NCBI GenBank assembly: GCA_951406725.2
Contig: OX597820.1
Location: 100,936,001 to 101,000,000 of the forward strand
Length of the DNA stretch: 64,000 nt
Source of the DNA: Octopus vulgaris
Taxonomy: Eukaryota
Direction of reading: 5' to 3'
The notes under the pieces are model-generated. The model did no database searches. It saw nothing but the letters and a program-made list of their open reading frames with translations, and had not been told where the DNA came from. Each line of letters opens with the position of its first letter. Positions within the stretch are counted from its first letter, which is position 1. The translations under genes were made by a program, and so were the position numbers. Positions 37,110 through 50,629 of this stretch are shown here, in pieces.

Positions 37110-37826
37110 CATCATCATCATCATCATCATCGTTTAACGTCCGCTTTCCATGATAGCATGGGTTGGACGGTTCAACTGGGGTCTGGGGAGCCCGAAGGCT
37201 GCACCAGGCCAGTCAGATCTGGCAGTGTTTCTACAGCTGGATGCCCTTCCTAACGCCAACCACTCCGAGAGTGTAGTGGGTGATTTTATGTGCCACTGAC
37301 ACAGGTGCCAGACGAGGCTGGCGAACGGCCATGCTCGGATGGTGTTTTTTATGTGCCACCGACACAGGTGCCAGACGAGGCTGGCGAACGGCCACGATCG
37401 GATGGTGTTTGTTACGTGCCCACAGCACGGAGGCCAGTCGATGCGGTACTGGCTACGGCCACGTTCGGATGGTCTTCTTATGTGCCACCGGCACTGGTAC
37501 CACAAAGATACAAATTCCATTGATGTTCATCTATTTTGATTTGGTTTGATTTTCACTTGCCTCAACAGGTCTTCACAAGTGTCACAAGAAGGAAGGTATG
37601 CACAGGTGGACTGACTACGTCCCAGGTAGGGGCCACGGGTTATGGCCTCACTAGTCTTGCCGGGTCTTCTCACACACAGCATACTTCCATAGGTCTCGGT
37701 CTCTAGTCATTTCCTTGGTGAGACCTAAAGTTTGAAGGTCGTGCTTCACCACCTCGTCCCAGGTTTTCCTGGGTCTACCTCTTCCACAGGTTCCCTCAAC
37801 TGCTAGGGTGTAGCACTTTTGCACAC
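37110..37826 (-). mobile_element. Young 5'-truncated RTE LINE (ORF end plus 3'UTR with ~63-bp tandem units and (GAT)n tail)
   Basis: VEGTCGRGRPRKTWDEVVKHDLQTLGLTKEMTRDRDLWKYAV. 13-bp TSD AGCCATTATATAT at 37097-37109 and 37827-37839. Confidence 0.92.
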
Positions 37827-37830
37827 AGCC

Positions 37831-37863
<33 letters not shown>

Positions 37864-38158
37864 CAGCCGATCACATTTGGTAGCAGATATGATAGAAGTT
37901 GACAGGTATCAAAGGAAATATTTTAACTTTAGCATGACAAAAAAAAGAACATTCTAGAAAGTTATAGAGTGATTGTACAAACTCATGATTTTTGCTCTCA
38001 CCAGAGATAACCTTGATTGCAGTTGGAAACAATGTCCCACTGATTCCCATTGTATAAAACTATTTCTCAAATCTCTTTCTCTCTTACACATACAATAATC
38101 TTTCTTCCAACACTCTGTCTCACATACACACACACGTCATAGCTAAAAGATATTGTAT

Positions 38159-38560
38159 AGGCGCAGGAGTGGCTGTGTGGTAAGTAGCTTGCTTACCAAC
38201 AACATGGTTCCGGGTTCAGTCCCACTGCGTGGCATCTTGGGCAAGTGTCTTCTACTATAGCCTCGGTCTGACGAAAGCCTTGTGAGTGGATTTGGTAGAC
38301 GGAAACTGAAAGAAGCCCGTTGTATATATGTACACATATATATATGTGTGTGTATGTTTGTGTGTCTGTGTTTGTCCCCCTAGCATTGCTTGACAACCGA
38401 TGCTGGTGTGTTTACATCGCCGTCACTTAGCGGTTCGGCAAAAGAGACAGATAGAATAAGTACTGGGCTTACAAAGAATAAGTCCCGGGGTCGATTTGCT
38501 CGACTAAAGGCAGTGCTCCAGCATGGCCACAGTCAAATGACTGAAACAAGTAAAAGAGTA
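38159..38560 (+). mobile_element. SINE family A, full length
   Basis: GGCGCAGGAGTGGCTGTGTGG head and AAAAGAGT tail. Confidence 0.93.
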
Positions 38561-39589
38561 TATAACTGTATGCAGTTTGGTTGTTCACACAGATAAATAT
38601 CTAGCTACAACATTCTTCATTTGATTATGTTAGTCTTCATCTCTGTGTTTCATTATTGAATTCTCTAGATTCATTGTAAAACAGTTAATATTAGAATTAT
38701 TAAATGATTTTGATGTTGAAGATACCCCTTTTTTTTTATTCCTTGCCATTTGCATTCCTCACCATTTGCAGCACAACCGTGCTTGATGACTATACCAAAC
38801 ACAAAAGTTGATCAACCAACATATTTTCTCCTATTTATTTATTAATCAATTAAGATTTTTCAGAGTTATCTGTTTTGCCTTTCCTGATAACAATTATCAT
38901 CAACTTTAATTATGTTTCTTTTCATTACTGATGTAATTTTAAATATTAAGTTAGCTTTTCTTTTCTTTTCTTTTTCTTTCTTTTTTTTCTTTCTTTTCTT
39001 TTGGTGCACTACATTGAGTATGTCAATCTGTTTGCTATAAACGTCATGGTCATGAATACAGCATGGTACATGTGTTGAAATAAGAACCATCTTCCCTTTC
39101 AGCCAATTATCTAAACATGCTATCAATTTCACCGACATCTCTCCAATATGCTATCTAATTAACACCACTTCCATTTATTTTCTTTCAGTTGGGAGCCTGA
39201 AACAATGGATTTTCCATCGATCTTCACACATTGGTAATTTATTGATAGAAAAGATTGTTCTAGCACAGAGAAAATTTATTTTGGAAGCAAAGGTTTTAAA
39301 GGAAACCTGATAGTATTCTTCATTAGTATTCACAGAATGGAAGCTAATGGAAAAGACACTAATTCTAACCTATTTTGTTCAATTGAGTTAATATCACCTG
39401 TATTTGAAATAACAGCGTAAGTAAGAATAGAGAAGAGTAAAAGAAAATACTTAGTATCAACTAACAAATAAATTGGTTATCTTCAATTTGATAATGCATC
39501 AACATTTTGCTCACAGTATTTAAATACTTACAAACATTAAATTGGTTTGGTTAAGCAAAATGTCCAAGGTATACAGGATAGATAGTTGG

Positions 39590-39835
39590 TTCACGTGGCC
39601 TAGTGGTTAGGGTGCCAGCATCATGGTCATAAGATTGTGCTTTCGATTCCTTGACCGGGCGACGCATTGTGTTCTTGAGCAAAACACTTCATTTCACATT
39701 GCTCCAGTCCACTCAGCTGGCAAAAATGAGTAACACTGCGATGGATTGGCTTCCCATCCAGCTGGGTAACACATACACCATTGAAACCGGGAAACCGGGC
39801 CCATGAGCCTGGCTAGGCCATAAAAGGGTGCATTT
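39590..39835 (+). mobile_element. tRNA-derived CORE-like SINE
   Basis: TGGCCTAGTGG / TTCGATTCC boxes and TTCTTGAGCAAAACACTT..CAGCTGG..AAATGAG body. Confidence 0.85.
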
Positions 39836-39897
39836 TATTTAAATATATTACTATGCTGAACATGGGACAATGTATTACCATGATGTATATGTATGAA

Positions 39898-40225
39898 GTC
39901 ACGTGGCCCAATGGTTAGAGCATCAGGCTCACTATCATGAGGTAGTGAATTCGATTCCTGGACTGGGCTGTGTTGTGTTCTTGAGCAAGACACTTCATCT
40001 CATGTTGCTCCAGTTCACTCAGCTATAGAAATGAGTAGTGACATGCTGTATCAGCCTTTGCCTTTCCCTTGGATAACATCAGCAGCGTGGAAAGGAGAGA
40101 CTGGTATGCATGGGCAACTGCTGGTCTTCCATAAACAACCTTGCCCAGATTTATGCCTTAGAGGAGAACTTTCTATGTGCAATCCCATGGTCATTCATAA
40201 CTGAAGGGGGTCTTTACCCTTTCTT
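39898..40225 (+). mobile_element. tRNA-derived CORE-like SINE with a different 3' tail
   Basis: Same head and body as 39590 with an unrelated tail. Confidence 0.8.
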
Positions 40226-40360
40226 TAGATGGGACAACAAATAACCGGATTAGTAAGGAACTAAAAGAATTGTGCAGCTGTATTTAGCTACATCTCTGAG
40301 TTCAAATCCTACCAAGGTTTACACTGCTTCTGATCATGCAGGGACTGATAAAATAGGTAT

Positions 40361-40754
40361 ACTCTTTTACTCTTTTACTTGTTTCAGTCAGTTGACTGTG
40401 GCCATGCTGGAGCACCGCCTTTAGTCAAGCAACTCGACCCCGGGACTTATTCTTTGTAAGCCAAGTACTTATTCTATCGGTCTCTTTTGCCGAACCGCTA
40501 AGTGAAGGGGACATAAAAAACACCAGCATCGGTTGTCAGGCAATGCTAGAGGGACAAACACAGACACACAAACATACACGCACACATATATATATACATA
40601 TATACGACGGGCTTCTTTCAGTTTCCATCTACCAAATCCACTCACAGGGCTTTGGTCGGCCCGAGGCTATAGTAGAAGACACTTGCCCAAGTTGCCACAC
40701 AGTGGGACTGAACCCAGAACCATGTGGTTGGTAAGCAAGCTACTTACTGCGCCT
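40361..40754 (-). mobile_element. SINE family A
   Basis: Matches other family A copies. Confidence 0.92.
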
Positions 40755-41507
40755 ACGTTAGATATTTATTTAAATTGAGTAAACTGAGTAAATTTTCATC
40801 TCCAAAATGTGTTGCCTTGTGTCTATGTAATAAAATATTATTATGATATTTATGGCTCATTCTAAGGTTTTGGAAATGGTTTAGTCTTAGTTCCTCTTGT
40901 ACAGTTGGCTTATACATTGTACAGTTGCTAGAAATCCTTTCTTTACTAATTTATTTACTACTTTTCTTTTCAAAACAAGAATAAAGAAAAAAATAATATA
41001 AAAAAAGCAAAACAAAATTCCTTAGAAGAATAAAATTCCTTAGAAAGATGAAAGAAATAATACTGAGAAAAAGCAACGTCAACAACAACAGCAGCAACAA
41101 AATTATAAGAATTTAATTGGTTTTGGTATGAAAGAATAGGGTAGGCATAGCATGTCAGTGGTACTCAAAGTAGTCACAGTATGTATGTATGTATGTATGT
41201 ATATATTTATGCATATAGGCAAATCAAAAATAAAAACAAAGCAACAAAAGATAAAAGGCTGGACACTCAGTTTGAAAAAAGCACATGTGGCACTGGTCTC
41301 AAAGAACCCCCTCTCCCTGTTCACTGCTCCCCTGAGAACATTTATTGAAGACCATAGTACTACAAACAAACTTACATATACACACACATGTGTGTGTGTG
41401 TGTGTGTGTATATATGTATATATACATATTATAAATATGTGTGTGTGTTTCTGTATGTATGTTTATGTACATTTATCTATTGTCCGTCTGTCTAGCTATC
41501 TATGCAT

Positions 41508-41539
<32 letters not shown>

Positions 41540-41782
41540 GTGTATATAAGCATACATGGATCTAGTCTTCTTTATTCGCAAAATTAGCCCCCTTTAATTT
41601 TGCTCAGATTGCTTTCACTTTGAATTTTGATCACAATCAACTAATTACTTTATCTCATAAATTAAAGAATCTGATGTTATTTGGAATTAAGGTTGGGAAA
41701 TTTGGGTAATTTTAGTCAATCGACAGACAGCGAGGCATTAACAGCTTGTTAATATAACAACCGCACATTGTGTTGTATTTCA

Positions 41783-42112
41783 ATCTCCTCATCAAAACAA
41801 AACTCCGGAAAAAACCCAAAACTTTCAGATAGGGACTGTCAGACTCTTACAGAAACTGTTAGAAAGGATCACAAGACTACAGCTCCCAAAATTACTGCAG
41901 AGCTTAATGACCACCTCGAGAACCCAGTTTCCACAAAAACTGTTTACTGAGAGCTGCACAAAGCCAGATTTCACGGGATGGCTGCAATCAGAAAACCATT
42001 ACTTTCAAAAACAAACATTGCAAAGTATTTAGAGTGGAGTAAAAGCCTACAGAATTGATCCCTACAGCAGTGGAAGGATGTTATATTCTCGGACAAGTCA
42101 TCCTTTACCTTA
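41783..42112 (+). pseudogene. Tc1-like transposase fragment
   Basis: NSGKNPKLSDRD..TAPKITAELN..VSTKTV*.ELHK..AAIRKPLLS..LEW..WKDVIFSDKSSF. Confidence 0.9.
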
Positions 42113-42127
42113 TTGTGGGCAATAAAG

Positions 42128-42175
<48 letters not shown>

Positions 42176-42739
42176 GATGGTCTTCTTTCAGTTTCCGTCT
42201 ACCAAATCTACTCACAAGGCTTTGGTCGGCCCGAGGCTATAGTGGAAGACACTTGCCCAAGGTGCCACACAGTGAGACTGAACCTGGAACCATGTGGTTG
42301 GTAAGCAAGCTACTTACTATATGTATGTATATATACATTTCCATGTGTGCGTGAATGTGTGTGTGTGTATAAATATGTATTTATAGAAAAAGAGAGAGAG
42401 GGGGATGGAAAGAGAGAGAGAGAGAGAGAATTCTCACAAGAGCTATCTCAGTTCTTAGCAACAAGTTGATTTCAACATATTTTTACGAGACTGATCTCCG
42501 AGTTACCCAGTTTTTAAGGATAAAAGTAAGAAATTTTTCATATCTTCCACAACTGGTATTTTAACATATGTTCTAAGAAAAGAAATTTACAAATATTTTT
42601 ATCCATTACTGATAAATATAAAACTGAATATAACTTTTTTTTATGTTTTGGAATTTTCAGAAAAGTTTTGTGGATTTGTCTTCTACACATGAGAATTCAA
42701 ATGATTATGAAAAAAATTGTGTGATTTAAGAGCGATTTA

Positions 42740-43140
42740 CTCTTTTACTCTCTTTTACTTGTTTCAGTCATTTGACTGCAGCCATGCTGGAGCACCGCCT
42801 TTAATCGAGCAACTCGCCCCCGGGACTTATTCTTTTGTAAGCCCAGTACTTATTCTATCGGTCTCTTTTGCCAAACCACTAAGTAACGGGGACATAAACA
42901 CACCAGCATCGGTTGTCAAGCAATGTTAGGGGGACAAACATAGACACACAAACACACACACGCATATACATATATACGACAGGCTTCTTTCAGTTTCCGT
43001 CTACCAAATCCACTCACAAGGCTTTGGTCGGCCTGAGGCTATAGTAGAAGACACTTGCCCAAGGTGCCACACAGTGGGACTGAACCAGGTACCATGTGGT
43101 TGGTAAACAAGCTACTTAACACACAGCCACTCCTACGCCT
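42740..43140 (-). mobile_element. SINE family A, full length
   Basis: Short TSD ATTTA. Confidence 0.92.
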
Positions 43141-43962
43141 ATTTAGCTGTTATTTTTAGTACTTCTCATGGCCACCTGATCCATTCTTCGTTTCTTTGTC
43201 ACTGGCATGCGTTAATATTTTTTCAATATTTTTCTCCCCATAAACACATTTAGTGGAATGATGATGCACCCAAGGTTGGGATTTAAGCCAAAAATTCAGA
43301 CTAGCCATATTTGAAACTTCAATTTAAACAAAAAAAAAGAATACTACGAAGAGTATAGATGATGGTAGCAGGTGGTCATGGCTTTTATTTTTTGGAATTT
43401 TCAGAAAAGTTTTGGGATTCAGTTGATTTGGCTGCCAACATTTCAAAAATTAAAGTATATCGAAAATTTTAAAATTTGGCAGAGTAGAATATTTTTCCAA
43501 GCTGATTTGCTGGAGTTATTTCACTTTTTCCAGGAAAATGCTTTTAAAAAGTTATAGAGGTTTATAGTTTGATCATTTTCACCCAGTCAGAAAACAGGAT
43601 TTTAAAGCTGTCATCAGCATCTTGAAAATAGCATGTGTGGTCAATATTTGCAAACAACACATGTTTTGTAGTTTGAAGCATTCAATATGTATTTAATGCG
43701 ATAGCACAAACTTAAAAGATTTATCCAAAAAACGTTATTTAGGTGTTATTTTCAGCACACTTCACAACCACCTCAATGACAAAAAGAAATGAGTAGACAA
43801 GTAGTTTTAAGCATTCAATATGCATATAATGCAAATGCAATGAACAACACGTTACATGCAATAAACACATTACAATTTTACTCCACAAACAGTTTCAATA
43901 GTTTTAACAGAAAGATGTGGAAGAATTAGATGAAAGTTCTCTGATAATTTTCTTTCATACGC

Positions 43963-44160
43963 TTTACTCTTTACTCTTTTACTTGTTTCAGTCATTTGAA
44001 TGCGGCCATGCTGGAGCACCGCCTTTAGTCAAGCAAATCGACCCCGGGACTTATTCTTTGTAAGCCCAGTACTTATTCTATCGGTCTCTTTTGCTGAACC
44101 GCTAAGTGACGGGGACGTAAACACACCAGCATTGGTTGTCAAGCAATGCTAGAAACATAT

Positions 44161-44227
<67 letters not shown>

Positions 44228-44393
44228 TACGACAGGCTTCTTTCAGTTTCCGTCTACCAAATCCACTCACAAGGCTTTCGTCAGACCGAGGCTATAGCAG
44301 AAGACACTTGCCCAAGATGCCACACAGTGGGACTGAGCCCGGAACCATGTGGTTGGTTAGCAAGCTACTTACCACACAGCCACTCCTGCGCCT
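43963..44393 (-). mobile_element. SINE family A, full length
   Basis: Matches other copies; internal (TA)n. Confidence 0.92.
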
Positions 44394-45419
44394 ATGAAAA
44401 TAAATTCACATGTAAATAAATGCTGATGTTAATTTAAAAGATTTATCCCAAAAATGTTATTTAGCTCTTATTTTTAGCACACCTCACAACTACTTCGATT
44501 ATAAAAAGAAACAAGTAAACAAGTAATTTTAAGCATTCAATATGCATTTAACGCAAATGCGATGAAGAACTCATTAGAAATTAAATATTTAAAAAAAAAA
44601 ACATTTTGTTGACCAGTTCATAAATTCACATATTCAATTTTCAACAGATTGCTAAGACAAGTGGTTTCAATATAATTGTCAATAGATGCTTTCTCACAGA
44701 CAAAAGAAACCTTGTGTTCCACTTGTTACTATGGAAAGAGGCATGAATGTGTCTGTGACTAAAATTACCAAAATTTTCACTTTAATTGCTAATAATTCTT
44801 TATTTATTGATTTATAGCGAAAATGATTTTCACATCATTCATTAGCCTATAAAAGTGTATCATTACACTGAATATGAAATCAATTTGAACAGAATTTATG
44901 CTGGCAGCCAAACTGACTAGATCCAGTTCTTGTGAATTTGTGTTCTATACATTGGAGTGTATATGCTTATTCCAATAAAAATTTTAAAAAAAAACAATTA
45001 AGAAAATTTTTTTAAACCCCATAAATCCTAAAAATTTCCTACTTCACAATTTTTTTTTTTTAAATCAGTTTTTAAAATACAGACACTCTGAACTTTTTGC
45101 TTAAATTCCAGCAATGGACTACTCTTGAACAATATCAATACATCATAGTGACAAAGAAACGAGCAAGGTATCAGGTGGTTGTGTGATGTGCTAAAAACAA
45201 CAGCTAAATTGCCTAAATCACACATGAAATTTTATTTACATAATCTTTTGAATTCCCATGGTGAGAAGACAAATTTGCAAAACGTTTCTGAAAATTCAAA
45301 AACAGAAAAGTTATAAGGGGTTATATGGGGTGCTTAAACTAAAATTCTGCCCTTCCAACTAAGGGGAAATGCCAACAGTATTCCATTGAATATCTGACTT
45401 ATTTTTTTCTTTATTTATG

Positions 45420-45642
45420 AGCCCTTTTCAAGCCTAGCCAGGCTTATGGGCCTGGTTTCATGGTTTCTGTGGCATATGTGCTCCCCCCAGCTGGATGAGA
45501 TGCCCGTCCATCACAGCATTACTCAAGAAACAGGAAGAAAGAGTGAGAGAAAGTTGGGACGAAAGAGTAGAACATGGGTCACCACCAACCCCTGCCAGAG
45601 CCTCATAGTGCTTTTAGTGTTTTCGCTCAATAAACACACACA
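45420..45642 (-). mobile_element. SINE family B body carrying the 3' tail seen in the 39590 SINE
   Basis: TTTATTGAGCGAAAACACT body. The tail GAAACCAGGCCCATAAGCCTGGCTAGGC matches 39790-39830. Confidence 0.75.
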
Positions 45643-45965
45643 TTTTGCCTGTGGTATCTGTCATAGTTTTGTCATTTATGAAAGAAAATGCTTATGAATT
45701 TACTTGTAAGATTCTCATTAGTGCCACGGTGCATTGATGAAATAGCTAAGATGTGGAAAAGCAACTAGTAGCCAAATTATAAGCACAAAAATTCCCTCAT
45801 CAACTTGATGAATCTACCCTGAGAGATAGTAAAGCTATTTTATTGGCATATGGTCGTTTTTTGGATGGTAGTGAATTCTGAAAGGATATTCTTTTTGCCA
45901 GACATCTTAAAACACATGCTAAAGGCAAAACAATTTTCAAAGATGTAACTTATTTCAAGGTAAGT

Positions 45966-46334
45966 AGTGTGGTAAGTAGCTTGTTTACCAACCACATGGT
46001 TCCGGGTTCAGTCCCACTGCGTGTCACCTTGAGCAAGTGTCTTCTACTATAGCCTCGGGCCGACCAAAGCCTTGTGAGTGGATTTGGTAGACGGAAACTG
46101 AAAGAAGCCCATCGTATATATGTTTGTATGTTTGTGTTTGTCCCCCCAACATCGCTTGACAACTGAAGCTGGTGTGTTTATGTTTCCGTCACTTAGCGGT
46201 TCGGCAAAAGAGACCGATAGAATAAGTACTGGGCTTACAAAGAATAAGTCCCGGGGTCGAGTTGCTCGATTAAAGGTGGTGCTTCAGCATGGCAGCAGTC
46301 AAATGACTGAAACAAGTAAAAGAGGAAAAGAGTA
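45966..46334 (+). mobile_element. SINE family A
   Basis: Inserted in the hAT fossil. Confidence 0.92.
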
Positions 46335-46631
46335 AAGACTACATAATATTCCCCTCAGATGTATAACAGCTTGTGCTAATGACAGTGTCATTCATGATTG
46401 GCAGATATAGAGGTTTTATAGCCTATTTAATCAATTCTGTATTTTGTATACACTGTGTGATAACACCAGTAATACTTACTTGCAAAACAATTAAGTGCAC
46501 ATCAACACAATGCCCTTAATATTGTAATAATATTTACAAGACTGCATCTTTCATGAATTTTGTAATCAAAACGAAGAGTTTGAATGCTTTGTAATTTACA
46601 CAGAGATAAGATGGTTATCAAAAGGTAATTG

Positions 46632-47517
46632 TCTGTGTAATTTGTTTTGTTTTTGTACTTTGGTACACTATTGTCTCATTCCTGACTAACAACAATTTCA
46701 GCCAACAAATGGTTGCAGCTGAATGTGATATATTTAACAAATATATTTGATAAGATTAATTTGATTAACAAACAGCTTCAAGGAGAAAACTCTGATCCCC
46801 TATCCTCCAAAGGAGCTATTACTGATTTTCTAGGGAAAGTACAGCTCTAGAAAATAAATATTGTATACTCTCTCTCTCTCTTTTACTCTTTTACTTGTTT
46901 CAGTCATTTGACTGCGGCCATGCTGGAGCACCGCCTTTAGTCGAGCAACTCGACCCCGGGACTTATTCTTTGTAAGCCCAGTACTTATTCTATCTGTCTC
47001 TTTTGCCGAACCGCTAAGTGACGGGGACGTAAACACACCATCATCGGTTGTCAAGCAATGCTAGGGGTACAAACACAGACACACAAACACATACACATAC
47101 ATACACATATATACATATATATGACAGGCTTCTTTCAGTTTCTGTCTACCAAATCCACTCACATGGCATTGGTCGGCCCGGGGCTATAGCAGAAGACACT
47201 TGCCCAAGATGCCACACAGTAGGACTGAACCCGGAACCATATGGTTGGTTAGCAAGCTACTTACCACACAGCCACTCCTGCGCCTTTCTGTGTAATATTT
47301 TTTTTGTACTTTGGTACACTATTGTCTCATTCCTGACTAACAACAATTTCAGCCAACAAATGGTTGAAGCTGAATGTGATATATTTAACAGATATATTTG
47401 ATAAGATTAATTTGATTAACAAACAGCTTCAAGGAGAAAACTCTGATCCCCTATCCTCCAAAGGAGCTATTAATGATTTTCTAGGGGAAGTACAGCTCTA
47501 GAAAATAAATATTGTAT
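46632..47517. repeat. ~235-bp direct duplication (46632-46866 and 47287-47517) exactly flanking a SINE
   Basis: About four substitutions plus a T-tract difference between the copies. Confidence 0.95.
46867..47285 (-). mobile_element. SINE family A, full length
   Basis: Matches other copies. Confidence 0.93.
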
Positions 47518-47970
47518 GTTGTGTATTATTACAATTTCCTAATTTGGAATCAATTAACAGTAATCTGTATGATGATGACCTTGTATACTGAACATTTGAA
47601 AAACTTGCATAATGATATGCAAGCTCAGTTTAACAACCTGCTGAAGTTAAATATACTGCATTGGGTTACATTTGTTTTTGAAGTTTATGTTGCTGATGTA
47701 GATATTTGTTTGCAGGAAAACCTCTTTGTATTGCAGAGTGATGAAATATTTCAAGCAAGATTTAAAGATGAATATAATGTATGGAAAAGAAATGACACTG
47801 CTACAAAGTATCCACTATTCTGGTGGAGAAGCACAGTTGGACTTTACTGCTTTTCCTTTGATCTTACCTTGTTGAATCTGGTTTCAGCCATGTCACTAAA
47901 TTACTGTCAAAAGCTCGTAATTGAATCGACATTGTAGAAAAAGGTGATCTTCAATTATTGTTGACAATGT

Positions 47971-48414
47971 TAGGAGTGGCTGTGTGGTAAGTATAGGCGT
48001 AGGAGTCGCTGTGTGGTAAGTAGCTTGTTTACAAACCACATGGTTCCAGTTTCAGTCCCACTGTGTGGCACCTTGGGAAAGTGTCTTCTACTATAGCCTC
48101 GGGCTGACCAAAGCCTTGTGAGTGGATTTGGTAGATGGAAACTGAAAGAAGCCCGTCGTGTATGTGTATATATATATATATATATATGTAAGTATGTGTG
48201 TGTGTATGTTAGTGTATCTGTATTTGTCCCCCCAACATCGCTTGACAACCGATGCTGCTGTGTTTACATCCCCGTAACTTAGCGGTTTGGCAAAAGAGAC
48301 TGATAGAATAAATACTAGGCTTACAAAGAATAACTCCTGGGGTCGATTTGCTCGACTAAAAAGATGGTGCTCCAGCATGGTCACAGCCAAATGACTGAAA
48401 CAAGTAAAAGAGTA
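47971..48414 (+). mobile_element. SINE family A with duplicated 5' head
   Basis: AGGAGT(G/C)GCTGTGTGGTAAGTA occurs twice in tandem. Confidence 0.9.
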
Positions 48415-48612
48415 ATGTTGGAGTAGAATATTTTAAAATTAGCAGAGCAGCACTAACTGCCAGACTTGCATTAAATAAAATTAACAGTAAAGTACTGTCT
48501 TATTTTAATAAATATATACTTGTATATTTATGACTCATTTTACTTGTCAACATTCATTTTCCATAGAATTTAATTGTTAAGAAATTGGTTATAGGTCTAC
48601 AGTTCACAAAAT

Positions 48613-48802
48613 TATCATCATCATCATCATCATCATCATTGTCATCATCTTTGTTTAACGCCCGTTTTCCATGCTGGCATGTGTTGGACGGTTCGACTGA
48701 GGACTGGGAAGCCAGTAGGTTGCACCAGGCCCCGGTCTGATCCAGCAAGGTTTCTACAGCTGGATGCCCATCCTAACATCAACCACTTTAAGAGTGTAGT
48801 GG
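48613..48802 (-). mobile_element. RTE 3'UTR fragment (family D)
   Basis: Matches the 3' end of 37110-37826. Confidence 0.85.
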
Positions 48803-49152
48803 ATGACAAGTCCGAATAATATTTAATTATAAAAATACAATACGATTTTTTAAACATCGAATGGGTATGGTGGTGATGGAGTAAAATAGGAATCAAAGGT
48901 GTCCACAGGTAAAAAAAAAAAAAGGTTGAGAACCTCTGGTTTACATAGTTGTTGTTGAAGTTGAGAGTTTGAAAAATAGGTGACAAGTACTATTTTCAAG
49001 AAATTTTCCCCCAAATTTGACCCGATTGTAATTGAGGTAGTTAATAAAATATCTGGATAATTTTTTGACAAAGAAGCTATAGTGAAGAAGCTATAAAGAA
49101 GATTTTATGTTGAATTTTTAGATTTAGTTGAGTTTCATTAATTTCATATTAT

Positions 49153-49523
49153 ACTCTTTACTCTTTTACTTGTTTCAGTTATTTGACTGCGGCCATGCTG
49201 GACCCCAGGACTTATTCTTTGTAAGCCCAGTACTTATTCTATCGGCCTCTTTTGCCGAACCGCTAAGTGACGGGGACACCAGCATCGGTTGTCGAGCAAT
49301 GCTAGGGGGACAAACACAAACATACACTCACACACACATATACATATATATACATATATACGACAGGCTTCTTTCAGTTTCCGTCGACCAAATCCACTCA
49401 CAAGGCTTTGGTCGGCCCGAGGCTATAGAAGTAGACACTTGCCCAAGGTGCCACGCAGTGGGACTGAACCCGGAACCATGTGGTTGGTAAACAAGCTACT
49501 TACCACACAGCCACTCCTGCGCC
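49153..49523 (-). mobile_element. SINE family A
   Basis: Matches other copies, with two small internal deletions. Confidence 0.92.
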
Positions 49524-50078
49524 GATGTGCTATTTTCCCATAATCTTCTTTCATGTGACCTAGATATTTAAAATTTCGTTGCATTTCTAATCTTTTTGAT
49601 GTCTAAGAATGGATGTTTATATGTATGACTCTTTTTCCAAATTTAATTCTAAAGAACTTGAAGGGCTTGTTTTGTCCTGTCGTACCCATTTTGCCCCGCC
49701 TAAATTTGACTTTTATATGATCAATCAGTACAATGATAATTTTTCTGAAATAGTGTTCTGAATATATTATAGGTTTTACTGCATTTTGAGGTCTTTACTT
49801 TGCTGATATAGTTTGGGCATTTTGGCAGGGTAGTGAACTTTTGTAAAAAATATATTTTCTTCAAAGTCAAAAGTGCAGTAAATATTACTCATTGTGCCCC
49901 ATCTACTCTTGCTGGAAACTGAAAAAGCAGAGTTTTGGAAATAGCTGTTTGAATTTTCCTGTTTTTGCTGGGGTATCGCCCAGATTTTTTTTTCTTTTTT
50001 CACATATTGCAAAACAAGAAAGGAAGCTGTTTTACAAAAAGTATTTTTAAAATCCATCTTTTAAATGTTGGTATCTCC

Positions 50079-50155
<77 letters not shown>

Positions 50156-50629
50156 GCACTCACACACACACACGCATATCTTATTCCTCATTCTGAAACA
50201 TATGTAACTCACATTGAAAGAAAAAATCTCACCCCACTCTTCCCTCCTTTATTTTACTTTTCACAGTGAAGGAAAAGTCAAACACAGCAAGTGGATATGT
50301 GAAAAACAAAATTTGAATTTTGTAAAAATGTTTATATCTATAAAGTGACATTTTCAGTCATTTATTTAAACTCTCTCCTAACTCATCAAATTCAATTATT
50401 TGAAATAGTTGGGTTTTGAGATTTAAATTTGGTAATTTTCTAAGATTTTAATTCTTGCATATAAGGAGCCCACCGAACTTAAAGTCCCCTGGGCCCTCCA
50501 TGGTTTAAATCCGGTCCTGCCCACAGTCATCCTCTTTGTGTTCCTCTCTGTCCCTCATTCGTTCACTAATTGTCTTGTCTTGAACTATATTTATTTCACA
50601 TTTGTATTTTTTTTTTCTTTATTCTTTTC

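Larger units (their letters stand above)
45715..48450 (+). pseudogene. hAT (Charlie/Buster, SCAND3/ZBED5-like) transposase fossil interrupted by three SINEs
   Basis: IDEIA..EKQL..QLDESTLRDSKAILLAYGRF, MIGRYRGFIAYL, IHCVI, TEIRWLSKGNCL, NKQLQG and YLVESGFS-like remnants. Confidence 0.85.

Noticed and set aside
38520-38560. Hammerhead-like CAGTC-AAAT-GACTGAAAC-AA-GTA at the SINE A tail
   Set aside because: No CUGANGA was seen upstream of the stem in the copies examined. It is better explained as a LINE-type 3' stem-loop.
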